Part shown: piece after piece, positions 47,901 to 59,900 of the stretch
How positions within the stretch are numbered: position 1 is the stretch's first letter
Layout: each line of letters opens with the position of its first letter
From: Reclinomonas americana ATCC 50394
Lineage: Eukaryota
Assembly (NCBI GenBank): GCA_048213135.1
Contig: PS015118.1
Location: 90,371 to 154,370, forward strand
DNA length: 64,000 bases
Direction of reading: 5' to 3'
Made by a program: the position numbers and the translations under genes
Notes under the pieces: generated by a model
What the model was told of the DNA's origin: nothing
The model's database searches: none
Seen by the model: the letters and a program-made list of their open reading frames with translations, nothing else

Positions 47901-50900
47901 CGGATTGCCGCCGGGCCAGTGGGTTATTTGTGTCAACCTGCGAGGCAGACCTGTTGCTGCTGGGTCACCGCTCATCAAGTGGCCAGTGGCCGACGACGGG
48001 AACGAAGTCCTCGTGGCGCAGACAGTGTCTGTGACGCCGACTGCCGTACTGCGCCAGGACACCACATCGCGAGTGACTGTGATAGGTGTCGGACTGCGCG
48101 CCGCTGTCAGTGTGCGCAGTGTTCGTCTGGTGCCTGGCATGCTGTGCGCGCCGTTCACGGCTGACACTGTGGAGGCCACCTTGGCGCCGCGTGCCGCCGG
48201 TACTGTGGATGATGCCAGTCGGATTGTGGCATTCGTAGGTTCCTTGCCGCGCGACACGTACACGGTGTGTGTCGACGTGACTGCCAACGTCATGATCTCC
48301 TATGCATCGTTTGCCACAATCTCTGTTGGTTTGTCTGGTATCATTGCTGTGCTTGCAAGCCGCTGTCGGTTCTCATGGTTGTGTCCGTCGCCTTTGTGTT
48401 TTTCATTGCAGCCTCGACCACGCGACTGGAACCTCAAGCAATTGCTCTATACGCTCCGCCTCCCACCGTGACTGTCTTTGGTGCCAATCTCGCGCCAGGA
48501 CCTCTGCTGCGACGCATTCGTCTGCAGCGGGAGGCTCTGTCGTGTACTGCCTTGGCCACGTCATCTGCGGTGGACAGTGGCTCAGCGGTGTGGCAAGATG
48601 GCGACCTTGCTGGCTTGGTGCAGGTCTCAGCGGATGGATCTCAGCTGTTTATCCGAGCCAGCCGATCCATCGACGCCGGCCGGTATGTGATGTGTTTCGA
48701 CGCACTGGCCGGCGATCCGTCGGGGGCATTCGTGTCAGTCTCCTCAGATGCCATTTTTGTCGGTGAGGCACATTGGTGGTGATGGTGTGCCACTACTATG
48801 TCTCTCACGTTTGTCATGAACCAATCACTTTTTTCCCCGTGCGCAGCACGCATCTTTGGCTTCACGCCAGTGACGCTACCCGCCGCGGTGGAGACTACAT
48901 CGCTCACGCTGTCTGGACTCGGGCTGCTACCTGTGGCTTCGATTCGTGCCATTCGATTGGAGCCTCTGGCAACCGACGGTATATCGTCGTGCTCCACCAG
49001 CTCTGATCCGCCACGCACCGGCACTGTCGCCGTGGCAGTCACGGCCGACGTTTCGGCGGCGACCAATGTCGCGCACGAGACGGTGTTCTCTGGCTTTGTC
49101 CTCAGCCGCTTTGTTCGGCAATACGTGGTGTGTGTCGACATGCGCGCGATTCCACAGATCGACAGCTTTGCCACCATTCCAGGCGCCGTGCCGATTACTG
49201 TTGGTGGGTCGTGTGGATGCTGCTGCATCTGGTCAGTGTGATTCTGTCTCATCATGTGGTGGTGCATCCGCAGAATCGAGTATCCGACAGCAGATATCTG
49301 TGGGCGAGGTGATTCAGCGTCCACAGAATGTCACCCTCACCATTCAGCTCGTGTCCGGCACGAATTCCGTTCGACACGCGTTGAGTGAAGTGGAGGCCCG
49401 AGTGGCGACCGACCACTTGCAGGTGTTGGTCAACGGAGCTCTCTGGTCGTCGACGGTCCCTAGTCCGTGCCCACAACCCACCACCTTCACGGAGAAAGTG
49501 CTGTGCGTGGTCACAGGTCTATTGCCGAACACCAATTATACGTTTTCGGTGGGACTCGCCAGCAACTTGGACTTTTCCGTGTCCACTGTTATTGTCAGCT
49601 GCGTCTTGCATGTGCTGTGCATGTCGCGGCGACCTTTAATCACTTACTGTTCTTGCACTTTCTTTGTGTGCTGCAGGCAAGACGCTGCTTGTGCACTCGG
49701 CTTCGATGCGTTATGGTGGCAAACCGTCGTTCACGACGGCACCTGTGTTGCGTGCTGTTGTTATGCGTGCTGTGATTTCTGCTTTGCACTGAACGCTGTG
49801 GATGTTCAGCATCGTATCCGCGAGTGGTGCACCGGATCCTATAGAAGGGTGAGTGAGAGGGAGATGGAGAGGGAGACAGCGAGAGGGAGAAGGGGAGGAA
49901 GAGGGAGGGGAGAGGAAGAGGGAGAGGAAGAGAGAAGAGACAAGGAGAGGGAGAGGAAGAGAGCAGGGGAAGTGGGAGAGGCAGAGGGAGAGGGAGGGAG
50001 AGGGAGAGGGAGAGGGAGAGGGAAAGGGAGAGGGAGAGGGAGAGGGAGAGGGAGAGAAGAGGGTGAGAGAGAGAAGAGCGTGAGTGAGAGGGGAAGGGGA
50101 TGGAAGGAGAGGGAGAGGGAGAGGGAAAGGGAAAGGGAGAGGGAGAGAGGTGGGGGCAAAGGGAGAGCGTGTGTAAAGTAAGAGAAAGATGACTGAGGAC
50201 ACGAGGAAAGAGAGGAGGGAAAAGAGAGGGGGAAGGGTAACTGAGGGAATGCAAACAGCGAGAGTGAGAGAGGAGGAGAGATATTGAGTATGTAGTGACG
50301 CGAAAGGGAGAGGAAGCGTGAGGGCGTATGGTGGTGTCGAGAGAAAAAAAGAGAGAGATGGGAAAGCAAGAGAGTTGGAGATTGTGAAAGGTCAAATTGA
50401 TTGTGACTGAGTACTACTGCAGTAAATGCAGAGGGTACGTGATTGTAGTGGGATGAGCGATGGAGTGACAGCGGGTGTGCATGTTTAAATGAAATGCTGC
50501 TCTTTGAAAGCTGCTTATGAGTGAGTGAGTGAGTGAGTGAGTGAGTGAGGAAGAGTGCAGTGAGTGAGGAAGAGGGCAGTGAGTGAGTGAGTGAGTGAGT
50601 GCAGTGAGTGTGTGAGTGAGTGAGTGAGTGAGTGCAGTGAGTGAGTGAGTGAGTGAGTGAGTGAGAAAGTGAGTGAGTGAGTGAGTGAGTGAGAAAGTGA
50701 GTGATTGTATTTGTGACAGTGCAGCGATGTGAGAGTGCGTACATTTTGCGAGCTCACTTTGCGCCTGTGGCAGACCGAATCCACGCTTTGAGGTCGTGCA
50801 GAAGAAGGCCAGTGGTTTAACTCGAATTATCGACTGGGATCCATCTACGTCGCCCTGCTTATGGTGAGTACAAACACATCACCTTGATGTGTAACTTGAA

Positions 50901-53900
50901 AATATCAGGCCCCTCTGATGCACCACTCTTGTAGGACGTCTGCTGCACCTGTTCTGTGCACTCTGGCTGGTCTCGAAGCGGCAACTGGATACTACGATTT
51001 CTATGTGCGCACGGTCACCGACGCGAATGCCGGTGACTTGATCTTGTCGCGGGAGCCCATCGTCACTGGTGGGCGAGAATGGAAAATGTCTTGTGCTTGG
51101 TGTCGTATATCTTTCCCCATTTACTCAATTCTTTTTTCTTGCCGCATTGCAGCATTCCATGATTTGGACCTCACCATCATCATGCGTTTCGTATTTGACT
51201 TGCGACTTGCGTATCTGCTTGTGCTGGCGGCTCACTCATGAGGTGTGTACAGAGGGAGCTGTGGTGGCAATCAATAGCCCGATCGCTGTGCATGCTACGC
51301 TGGTGGATCCAGATCGTAATCGTGCTCTTGTCGACGTCACAAGCACTGTCTTCAACTGGGGCTGTACGGTCGACGGTGTCGATTGCGGCAAGGTAGTGGT
51401 GACCACGGAGAGATCCGAATGGCTGTACATCTTGGACGGGTTTTCGCGGCCTGGACGGTGACTCTCACTCTGTGTGCATGTTTGAATGCTTGCAGCAAGT
51501 TATTCACCTGTGTTCTCCGAAAAGGTACATTTTTTCATGCAACGCCATTCGTGGTGCGCGAAGTAAACAGGCCTCGTCCGACGTCGTGGTCACTGGTGAC
51601 TCCACGACTATTTTCCGTGTGGTGAGTCCTCCGCTTCCATTATCGGCAGGCGATTATTTCTGAAGCCTTCGATTGCTAAACGTCTTTTTNNNNNNNNNNN
51701 NNNNNNNNNNNNNNNNNNNNNNNNNNNNNNNNNNNNNNNNNNNNNNNNNNNNNNNNNNNNNNNNNNNNNNNNNNNNNNNNNNNNNNNNNNNNNNNNNNNN
51801 NNNNNNNNNNNNNNNNNNNNNNNNNNNNNNNNNNNNNNNNNNNNNNNNNNNNNNNNNNNNNNNNNNNNNNNNNNNNNNNCTTCAAGGGAACCAACCTGGA
51901 AGGTCCACATCGATGAATTCGCTCATGGTGAATGTAAACGCCGTCGAGCGAGCTACGCCGCTCAAAGGTGTCACCTCCAGAGTACCGACAGTCGGCAAGT
52001 CGTTGATGTTGAGCGTGACGGAAGGCACAGCTACAGAGATTGCAGGCAATCAAAGTCAGTCGCAGTCAATCATCCTGATGTGCCGAATGTGCTTTCAAAT
52101 AAGACGCAACATATTGACGAATGCGACGCCGGAGTCGGCAGTGTCCACAACTCGAAGACATACTGCAGTCCTCCAGTGAGCGTACCACCAGTGATGCGCA
52201 CAGTTGGCGGTTGTCCGGGTGGACCAGGTAGGAACACAAATGCCGGTTCTCCGAGAAGCAGCTCGGTCGTGCTCCCTGTATGAGAACAGTGAGGCCAAGA
52301 ACGGAAAGGGGCGAGCAGCAGACACGCATGCGCATCAAGCGCGCACGCCATACTTGCACCGCCTCTTCTCCCTTCTGTTTCTTCCTCACCACTCTCCTCT
52401 CTAGTCGCTTCATCGCACTGTCTCTCTTCCCTGTCCTCTTTGTGTGACTCACCCTTGGCATACGCGCGCCACGAATACCGGTTGGCAGCAAGCACACCAG
52501 GGTCATCAACAACAGTGGCGCTAACGGATATACTGCGCAGAGGATTGAGCCGTGCCACAGCTGCTCCAACGGCAACGGGTGACTCGGAAACCTGCGTNNN
52601 NNNNNNNNNNNNNNNNNNNNNNNNNNNNNNNNNNNNNNNNNNNNNNNNNNNNNNNNNNNNNNNNNNNNNNNNNNNNNNNNNNNNNNNNNNNNNNNNNNNN
52701 NNNNNNNNNNNNNNNNNNNNNNNNNNNNNNNNNNNNNNNNNNNNNNNNNNNNNNNNNNNNNNNNNNNNNNNNNNNNNNNNNNNNNNNNNNNNNNNNNNNN
52801 NNNNNNNNNNNNNNNNNNNNNNNNNNNNNNNNNNNNNNNNNNNNNNNNNNNNNNNNNNNNNNNNNNNNNNNNNNNNNNNNNNNNNNNNNNNNNNNNNNNN
52901 NNNNNNNNNNNNNNNNNNNNNNNNNNNNNNNNNNNNNNNNNNNNNNNNNNNNNNNNNNNNNNNNNNNNNNNNNNNNNNNNNNNNNNNNNNNNNNNNNNNN
53001 NNNNNNNNNNNNNNNNNNNNNNNNNNNNNNNNNNNNNNNNNNNNNNNNNTGGCAATCCTTGGTGTATGTTGCTCGTCACTGACAATTGACTATATAGTGA
53101 CGTATCTACCGTTCTACGTCCACCCACTCTATGGTTACAAGGTTTGTGTGTGTCATCCATCCATATTGGAGAGGAGTGTACCCTCCGCACTGACTCTCAC
53201 TGGGATGATTCAGGTGTATATGGCCTCCAGCACAATTCCGATCATCAGGAGTGTAGTATTCCCACTGGCCGGCAACGCCGGTGGCTCCAACCTACTCACT
53301 GTTGCGTTTGTTTCTCTCGTCGCCTCATAACACCCTATTCGGCTCACAGTGTTTCTCGCGCAGGTTGGAGTGAGTGCTCGCGACACATATGGCGGTGCAG
53401 TGGATGTAACCACAACGATTGCTGTCGCGGGGCCCAGCGGCGGCGCAAGCCTGGCTGCCGATGCATTCTTCCTCCGGTCGAGCATCGCCAAAGCGTTGCT
53501 GCTGGATCCTGGGGATTTCAACGATGCCGAACTGGGTTCATCGATGGCATTGTTACATGCGGGTGTCACGACGCTGAGCACCGGTGGAGCCAGCAATCTT
53601 GCCGCCGGTATGGAAAAGGAAGAGGAAGGAAAGGGAAAGGAAAGGGAGAGGGAGGGGAAGGAGGAGAAGGAGAGAGAGAGGGAGAGGGAGAGGGAGCGGC
53701 AGAGAGGAAGAGAGAGAGGGAGAGGGAGAGGGAAAGGGAACGGAGAACGGTGGGGGAGAGAAAGAGCGAGAGGGAGAGGGAGAGGGAGAGGGAGAGGGAG
53801 AGGGAGGGGGAGGGGGAGGGGGAGGGAAGAGGGAAGAGGGAAGAGGGAGAGGAAAAGGGAAAGGAGAGGGAGAGGGAGAGAGAGAGAGAGNNNNNNNNNN

Positions 53901-56900
53901 NNNNNNNNNNNNNNNNNNNNNNNNNNNNNNNNNNNNNNNNNNNNNNNNNNNNNNNNNNNNNNNNNNNNNNNNNNNNNNNNNNNNNNNNNNNNNNNNNNNN
54001 NNNNNNNNNNNNNNNNNNNNNNNNNNNNNNNNNNNNNNNNNNNNNNNNNNNNNNNNNNNNNNNNNNNNNNNNNNNNNNNNNNNNNNNNNNNNNNNNNNNN
54101 NNNNNNNNNNNNNNNNNNNNNNNNNNNNNNNNNNNNNNNNNNNNNNNNNNNNNNNNNNNNNNNNNNNNNNNNNNNNNNNNNNNNNNNNNNNNNNNNNNNN
54201 NNNNNNNNNNNNNNNNNNNNNNNNNNNNNNNNNNNNNNNNNNNNNNNNNNNNNNNNNNNNNNNNNNNNNNNNNNNNNNNNNNNNNNNNNNNNNNNNNNNN
54301 NNNNNNNNNNNNNNNNNNNNNNNNNNNNNNNNNNNNNNNNNNNNNNNNNNNNNNNNNNNNNNNNNNNNNNNNNNNNNNNNNNNNNNNNNNNNNNNNNNNN
54401 NNNNNNNNNNNNNNNNNNNNNNNNNNNNNNNNNNNNNNNNNNNNNNNNNNNNNNNNNNNNNNNNNNNNNNNNNNNNNNNNNNNNNNNNNNNNNNNNNNNN
54501 NNNNNNNNNNNNNNNNNNNNNNNNNNNNNNNNNNNNNNNNNNNNNNNNNNNNNNNNNNNNNNNNNNNNNNNNNNNNNNNNNNNNNNNNNNNNNCCATCTC
54601 TCACGTACCAACTGAGGTCGGAGTGTCTCCAGCAGATCTGAGTCCTGTCGTGCAATCTCGAAAGCAAACGCTTCGCCATTGGAGGCATCGAGCGCCAGCG
54701 GCTGCCCGTAGGCATTCTGCAGCGTAACCCGCTGGATGGGGCTTCCCAGAACGGTGGTGTTGCGCGGCGCTGGATAGGGACTCAGATCTGACGAAACAAG
54801 TCAGACGAGTCGAAGTGGCAGACGGGAATAAACGACGGCGACGAAACTCGACGCCACAGTAGCGGACACGAAAATCGGTGTCGTGGCAAACAGGCGAGCG
54901 GGAATGGTGGGAGGAAACTGGTACTGTGTCAGCAGCGAGTTCGCATTCGAGTCCACCGTGCCGCCAATCTGTGGCACCACGCCTGTTGACCCGTTGGTCG
55001 ACATGTTGCTGAAGGCGATGAACTGGGTGCGGAGGAGAGTGAGAATAATCACATACATCCATTCATATCCGACGGGAGAGAGAGAGAGAGAGAGAGAAAC
55101 AGAGAATAAAGTGAGTGCGCAGAGAGGCCCATCCATATACTCTCTCTCTCTCTCTCTCCACTACTACGCACGCACCCACACACTCTTTTTCAGCAAAAAA
55201 ACAGTCGCTCAGGTACTCCCTCAGATAAACATGCGGAGCGAGACAGACATTCGCATGCGGGCTCAGAGAAAGAGAGGGACAGTCACAGACACACGGAAAC
55301 ATGGATTTGTTGTGAGACAAAAAACAGAACAAATACAGGCACATTGTGAATGTACCACCATTGCCGGCTGCGGCGCAAAAGCAGCTCAGATAACTCATTC
55401 TCACATAGGACCGAAGGCAAGAACAAGAAAAAGGACACAGTGAAAGAAACTGACGCAAACCACACCGACAGTAATGATCGAATAACAAGAAGACACACTG
55501 CATCTCTCTTGCCCTTCTCCTTTCCCTATTTTTATCCTCCATCATACCTGTACCCCCGGCACTGGTGTGCTTGCTGAAAAGTGCGCCGCCACCAATTGCA
55601 TCGAGTTGCCGATGACCATGGTCGCCACTTCACCCGTGGCCTTGGTGTTGACAGATCGGAAGCCAACATCAGCCAGCGCTGAAACTCCGGCCGCCGCCAG
55701 CTGCTGGAATGCATGCGAGTCACTGCCTGCACTCGCAGATACAGCACTCAGCGTGTTGTCGATCATGGCGCTGAATGTCTGTGACATGGACCGTGCATCA
55801 GGGCCACNNNNNNNNNNNNNNNNNNNNAGAGTGTGCGCTGAGTGTGGATTGATCGACGTCTAATGTAATTGTGGTGCAGAGTGACTTGCTCGAGTACTTG
55901 GATAATTGCGGTGTGCGATCAACGTCTGCGACCGCATCATCGACTTCATCTCCGACCGGAGAAACCACGCTCGTCTCGCTGAATAATTCTCGTTGCGTGT
56001 GCGCGTGTGTGTGTGTGTGTGTGTCTCGAATCGTGTGACACCTTTTGGCGACTTGCAAAGTCACTGTGGCGTGCGTAGATTGCGATCAATATGTCCCACG
56101 AAATACCACATTCAATTGTACGTCATGGTGTTGTTGGTGTGCTTCAGTGCAGCTGCATGTTCGTGTTACTGATATTCTCTCGATGCAGCCGTGGTCTCTC
56201 AGTTCAGCCGCTTGTGCGTCTACTGGAATGAGACGCAGTCGGCGTGGCGCTCTGACGGGTGCTCAACGTTGCGCACGATCTCATTGGGGGGTGTTCCCTC
56301 AGCCTGCATTGAATCACTCCTTCGGTGTAGGTATGCTCGAGTGGCGAGTGGAACGCGAGATGTGGTGTCGTTTGTGTGTCTCTGCAATCACATGACAGAT
56401 TTCAGCGTGAATTGTGCGTAACCGAAGGAGGGAGGGAGTGAAGGGTGAAGGGAAGAGGAGAGAAGAGAAATGGGAGAGGGAGAAGAGAATTGGGAGACGG
56501 AAATGGAAGAGAGGAAGAGAGAGAGAGAAAGAGAGTAGAGATGAGGAAGAGGGAGGAACAAGGAGTGAATGAAGAGAGATGAAAGAGAGTAGAGAAGAGG
56601 AAGAAGGAGGAAAAAGGAGTGAATGTGGGAGTAGAGAAGGGGAAGAAAGAACGGAGAGAGAAGAGAGAGGGAAAAGGAGAGAGATGGATAGGATAAAAAG
56701 ACAGAATAAACAAGAGGAGAGACGGGGAGAGGGAAGAGAAAGATGAGAAAGAGGAAGAAGGAATAAGCGAAGCGAGAAAGAAAAGAGAGGAAGGAGAGGA
56801 AAAAGAGAAAGAGAAGAAGAAGAAGATCAAGAGTTTACAACAGCGGACCGAGAGAGAGGGAGAGGGGAAAGAGAGTGTGGCCTTCAGCCGGGGGGGTGAT

Positions 56901-59900
56901 GAACAGTGCTCTGACTTGGTGTACTGATAACTTTGCGTTCCGTTTTGTTGCGGTGCAGTGCACGACATTTTCGACATTCACTTTACATTCGTATCGTTTC
57001 GTCGTTTGCATGACTGCCTTCGAGTGTTTTGTGGAGACTAACGTTGTGTGCGTAGTCCGGCCGACTTGCTGTCGCTGTTTACCGGACAACTCTTGCGGAG
57101 CTCGACCTTTGTGATTGTCGTCTGTGCGTAATGCGTGCGTGTGCCACGCACATCAACGAGATCCAGTGTGTCGCTGACTCCTCCCCGTCTCGTCGCAGTG
57201 ATTCAAGTCATTTATCTGGTACAGCTATACATTGGCTACAAGCTCGACCAGGCGAGTGACAAGCAGCTCGTCCGTCATGTCAACATGTTGCGAATGCCGC
57301 TGAGGCGTGCCGTCTCGTATGGCGTGAAATTCGCCGGGTAAGCACTGGCATTGCAGTTTCAGTTTGTTGAATGACCGTGACTCTTACTGTGAGGTACGCG
57401 TAGAGTATTCTCCACTGCCGATTTGCGAGAACGCGATCTGCAACCGCATGATGCAGGTTCATTTGGATATTGATGTTTATTCCTGTGGAAGGTCGTAGTC
57501 AGGCTCACTTATAGAGTGCATGTAGACTCTCGGTTGGCATTGGCGAGGCATTTTATTGCTATCTCGCGGTTCCGACGTGCGTTTCAGTTGTGGTTTGACG
57601 TCATTTTGTTCATGCATCTCATCACGCGTGCGTCTGTACGCAGGTCTCGTTCATGCGGTGATTCGAGTCAACCGCAGTCGCGGATGGCTGAAACGGCGCA
57701 TCGTGACGACGTGGACTGCCGTCGTCGGTATGTCTCAAGTCGTGAAAATCTCATCTGCCCAGTCTTGATGTTCACGTGATATCTGCTGTGCAGACAATCA
57801 CTCGTGGATGTCGACGATTGTGTGTCCCAATGCCGATCGCTTCCGCAGAACGCAGCGCACGACGGTTTGATTTCGTACACCGTCGCTAGATTACCCCCGA
57901 ATGTGTCCTCACACGATTCCATGTACAGACGCTTTGGTTCGCCGTCTGCTTGGCGCTGTACTGCAATGCGGTGTTTGCCGAGCAGGCGACGGTCACCGGT
58001 GCTGGGTCGGCTTTCTTGCGTGAGTTGCTGATTGGTGTTATATCAGGTGCGAGAAGGGGTAAGGGGAAGGGGGAAGGGGGAAAGGAGGCAGGGGAAGGGG
58101 GGAACGGGAAAGGGGAAAGGGGAAAGGGGAAAGGGGAAAGGGGAGAGGGGAAAGGGAGGAAGGGCGAGAGTGGGGAGAGACCGGAGAGTGATTGGGAAGG
58201 AAGGGTACAGAGGAAAGGGAGGAGAGGGAGGAGGGAAGAATGGGAGATGACATGCGTATGTAGGAGAGCAAACAAGGATGGTGAATGTACACGGAGAGAG
58301 AAAGGAAGAGAAGGACACGAGGCAAGAAGGAAGAATGTGATGTCTATTGCGTGTGGGAGAATGACGAAGTAGCGGGATACTTTGAGAAGACGAATGAGGG
58401 AAACACTGAGGGCAAGAAGGAAGAATGAGAAAGGAGAACGTGATACATAGTGGAAGATGAAGAGAAAGAATAGGAGGGGAGGCGGATGTCGGGGAGATGA
58501 GATGTGTGTGGGGGGAACGGAGAGTGATACTTGGGGAGGGAAAAGAAGGGAAAGACTGAAGGCAAGAAGGAAGCATGGGAAAGGAGAACGGAGAGGGAGA
58601 ACAAGAGAAATAACGGGAGGGAAGAGGGAAGAATGGGAAAGGCAAATGGCGAAGGAGTGTGCAACACGGAGAGGGAGAACAAGAGAAATAACTTGAGGGT
58701 GGAAGAAAAAATGGGGAAAGGAAAATGGAGAGGGAGTGTGTTACACGGAGAGGGAGAACAAGAGAAATAACGGGAAGGAAGAAGAAAAAATGGGGAAAGG
58801 AGAACGGAGAGAGAGAACGTGATACATAGAGGAAGATGACGAGAAAGAGTAGGAGGGGAGGCGAATGTCGGGGAGATGAGACGTGTGTGGGGGAACGGAG
58901 AGTGATACACGGAGAGGGAGAACAAGAGAACGGGAAGGAAGAAGAAAAAATGGGGAAAGGAAAATGAAGAGGAAGTGTGGAGAAGGAGAACCAGAGAAAT
59001 GATGAGAGGGAAGGAGAAGGAATTGGATATCAACTGTGTGGAAGAACAAAGAGAGTGTAATAACAGGAGACGGATAGGACGAGAAATAGTGGAAGGGAAG
59101 GAGAAGGAATTGGATATCATCTGTGTGGGAGAACGGAGAGGGAGTGTAGTAACTGGAGACGGATAGGACGAGAAATAGTGGAAGAAGAACGGAGAGAGAG
59201 TGTAATAACTGGAGACGAAAAGGACGAGAAATAGTGGAGCGAGAGATAAGAAATGAGTGTGCGGGAGAACGGAAATGGATCGTAGTTTACAGTGGGGGCA
59301 TCATACAAAGAGAGAGAGAGAGATGTGGCCGGGTATGAGTCTGACGTGAGCTGTCCTGCAGGAGAATGAGAGTGAGTGAGAGCAAAAAGAGAAACAGCAG
59401 CAGTGTCATTGAAACTGTGTGCGCGTTGATGCAAGTGTCTCACATGATTGCCTACAGGAGTAATCATGGCGCCTGTGGTGTGGATCGTCTCGCAAATCTT
59501 CAAACGCACACCACGCTTGGTTCTGGAGATACCATCAAACGTGCACGAACTGAAGCGCACACCGGAGTCAGGGGAAGTGACGTCGATCGACATGCCGGCT
59601 GCTCATGACGTGTCCGACGTGGAGCGTGCAGAGTCTGATCGCAGCACTTCGTCTCGATCGGACTCGCCGACTCGCAAGGTAATGTCTGATGCATGTAGGC
59701 CAAGTTGCTGTGGATCCGCTGATGGTGACTGTGTGTGTGCGCGCGTTTGTGCAGAAACATCACGGTTTGCTTGCTGCTCCCCAGTTCCGGCATTTGTCAC
59801 TGCCTCGGCCACTGCCGCCACCACCTGCAGCAGCAGCAGCAGCAACACCAACCACAGCAATGCGTGGTTCTCGGCTTGGTGGGCGTGGCGGTTCTGGCAT

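Noticed and set aside
51880-55807. Nested antisense gene within the giant gene
   Set aside because: The exons supply exactly the missing REJ/GAIN parts in matching phase and are bounded by gaps.
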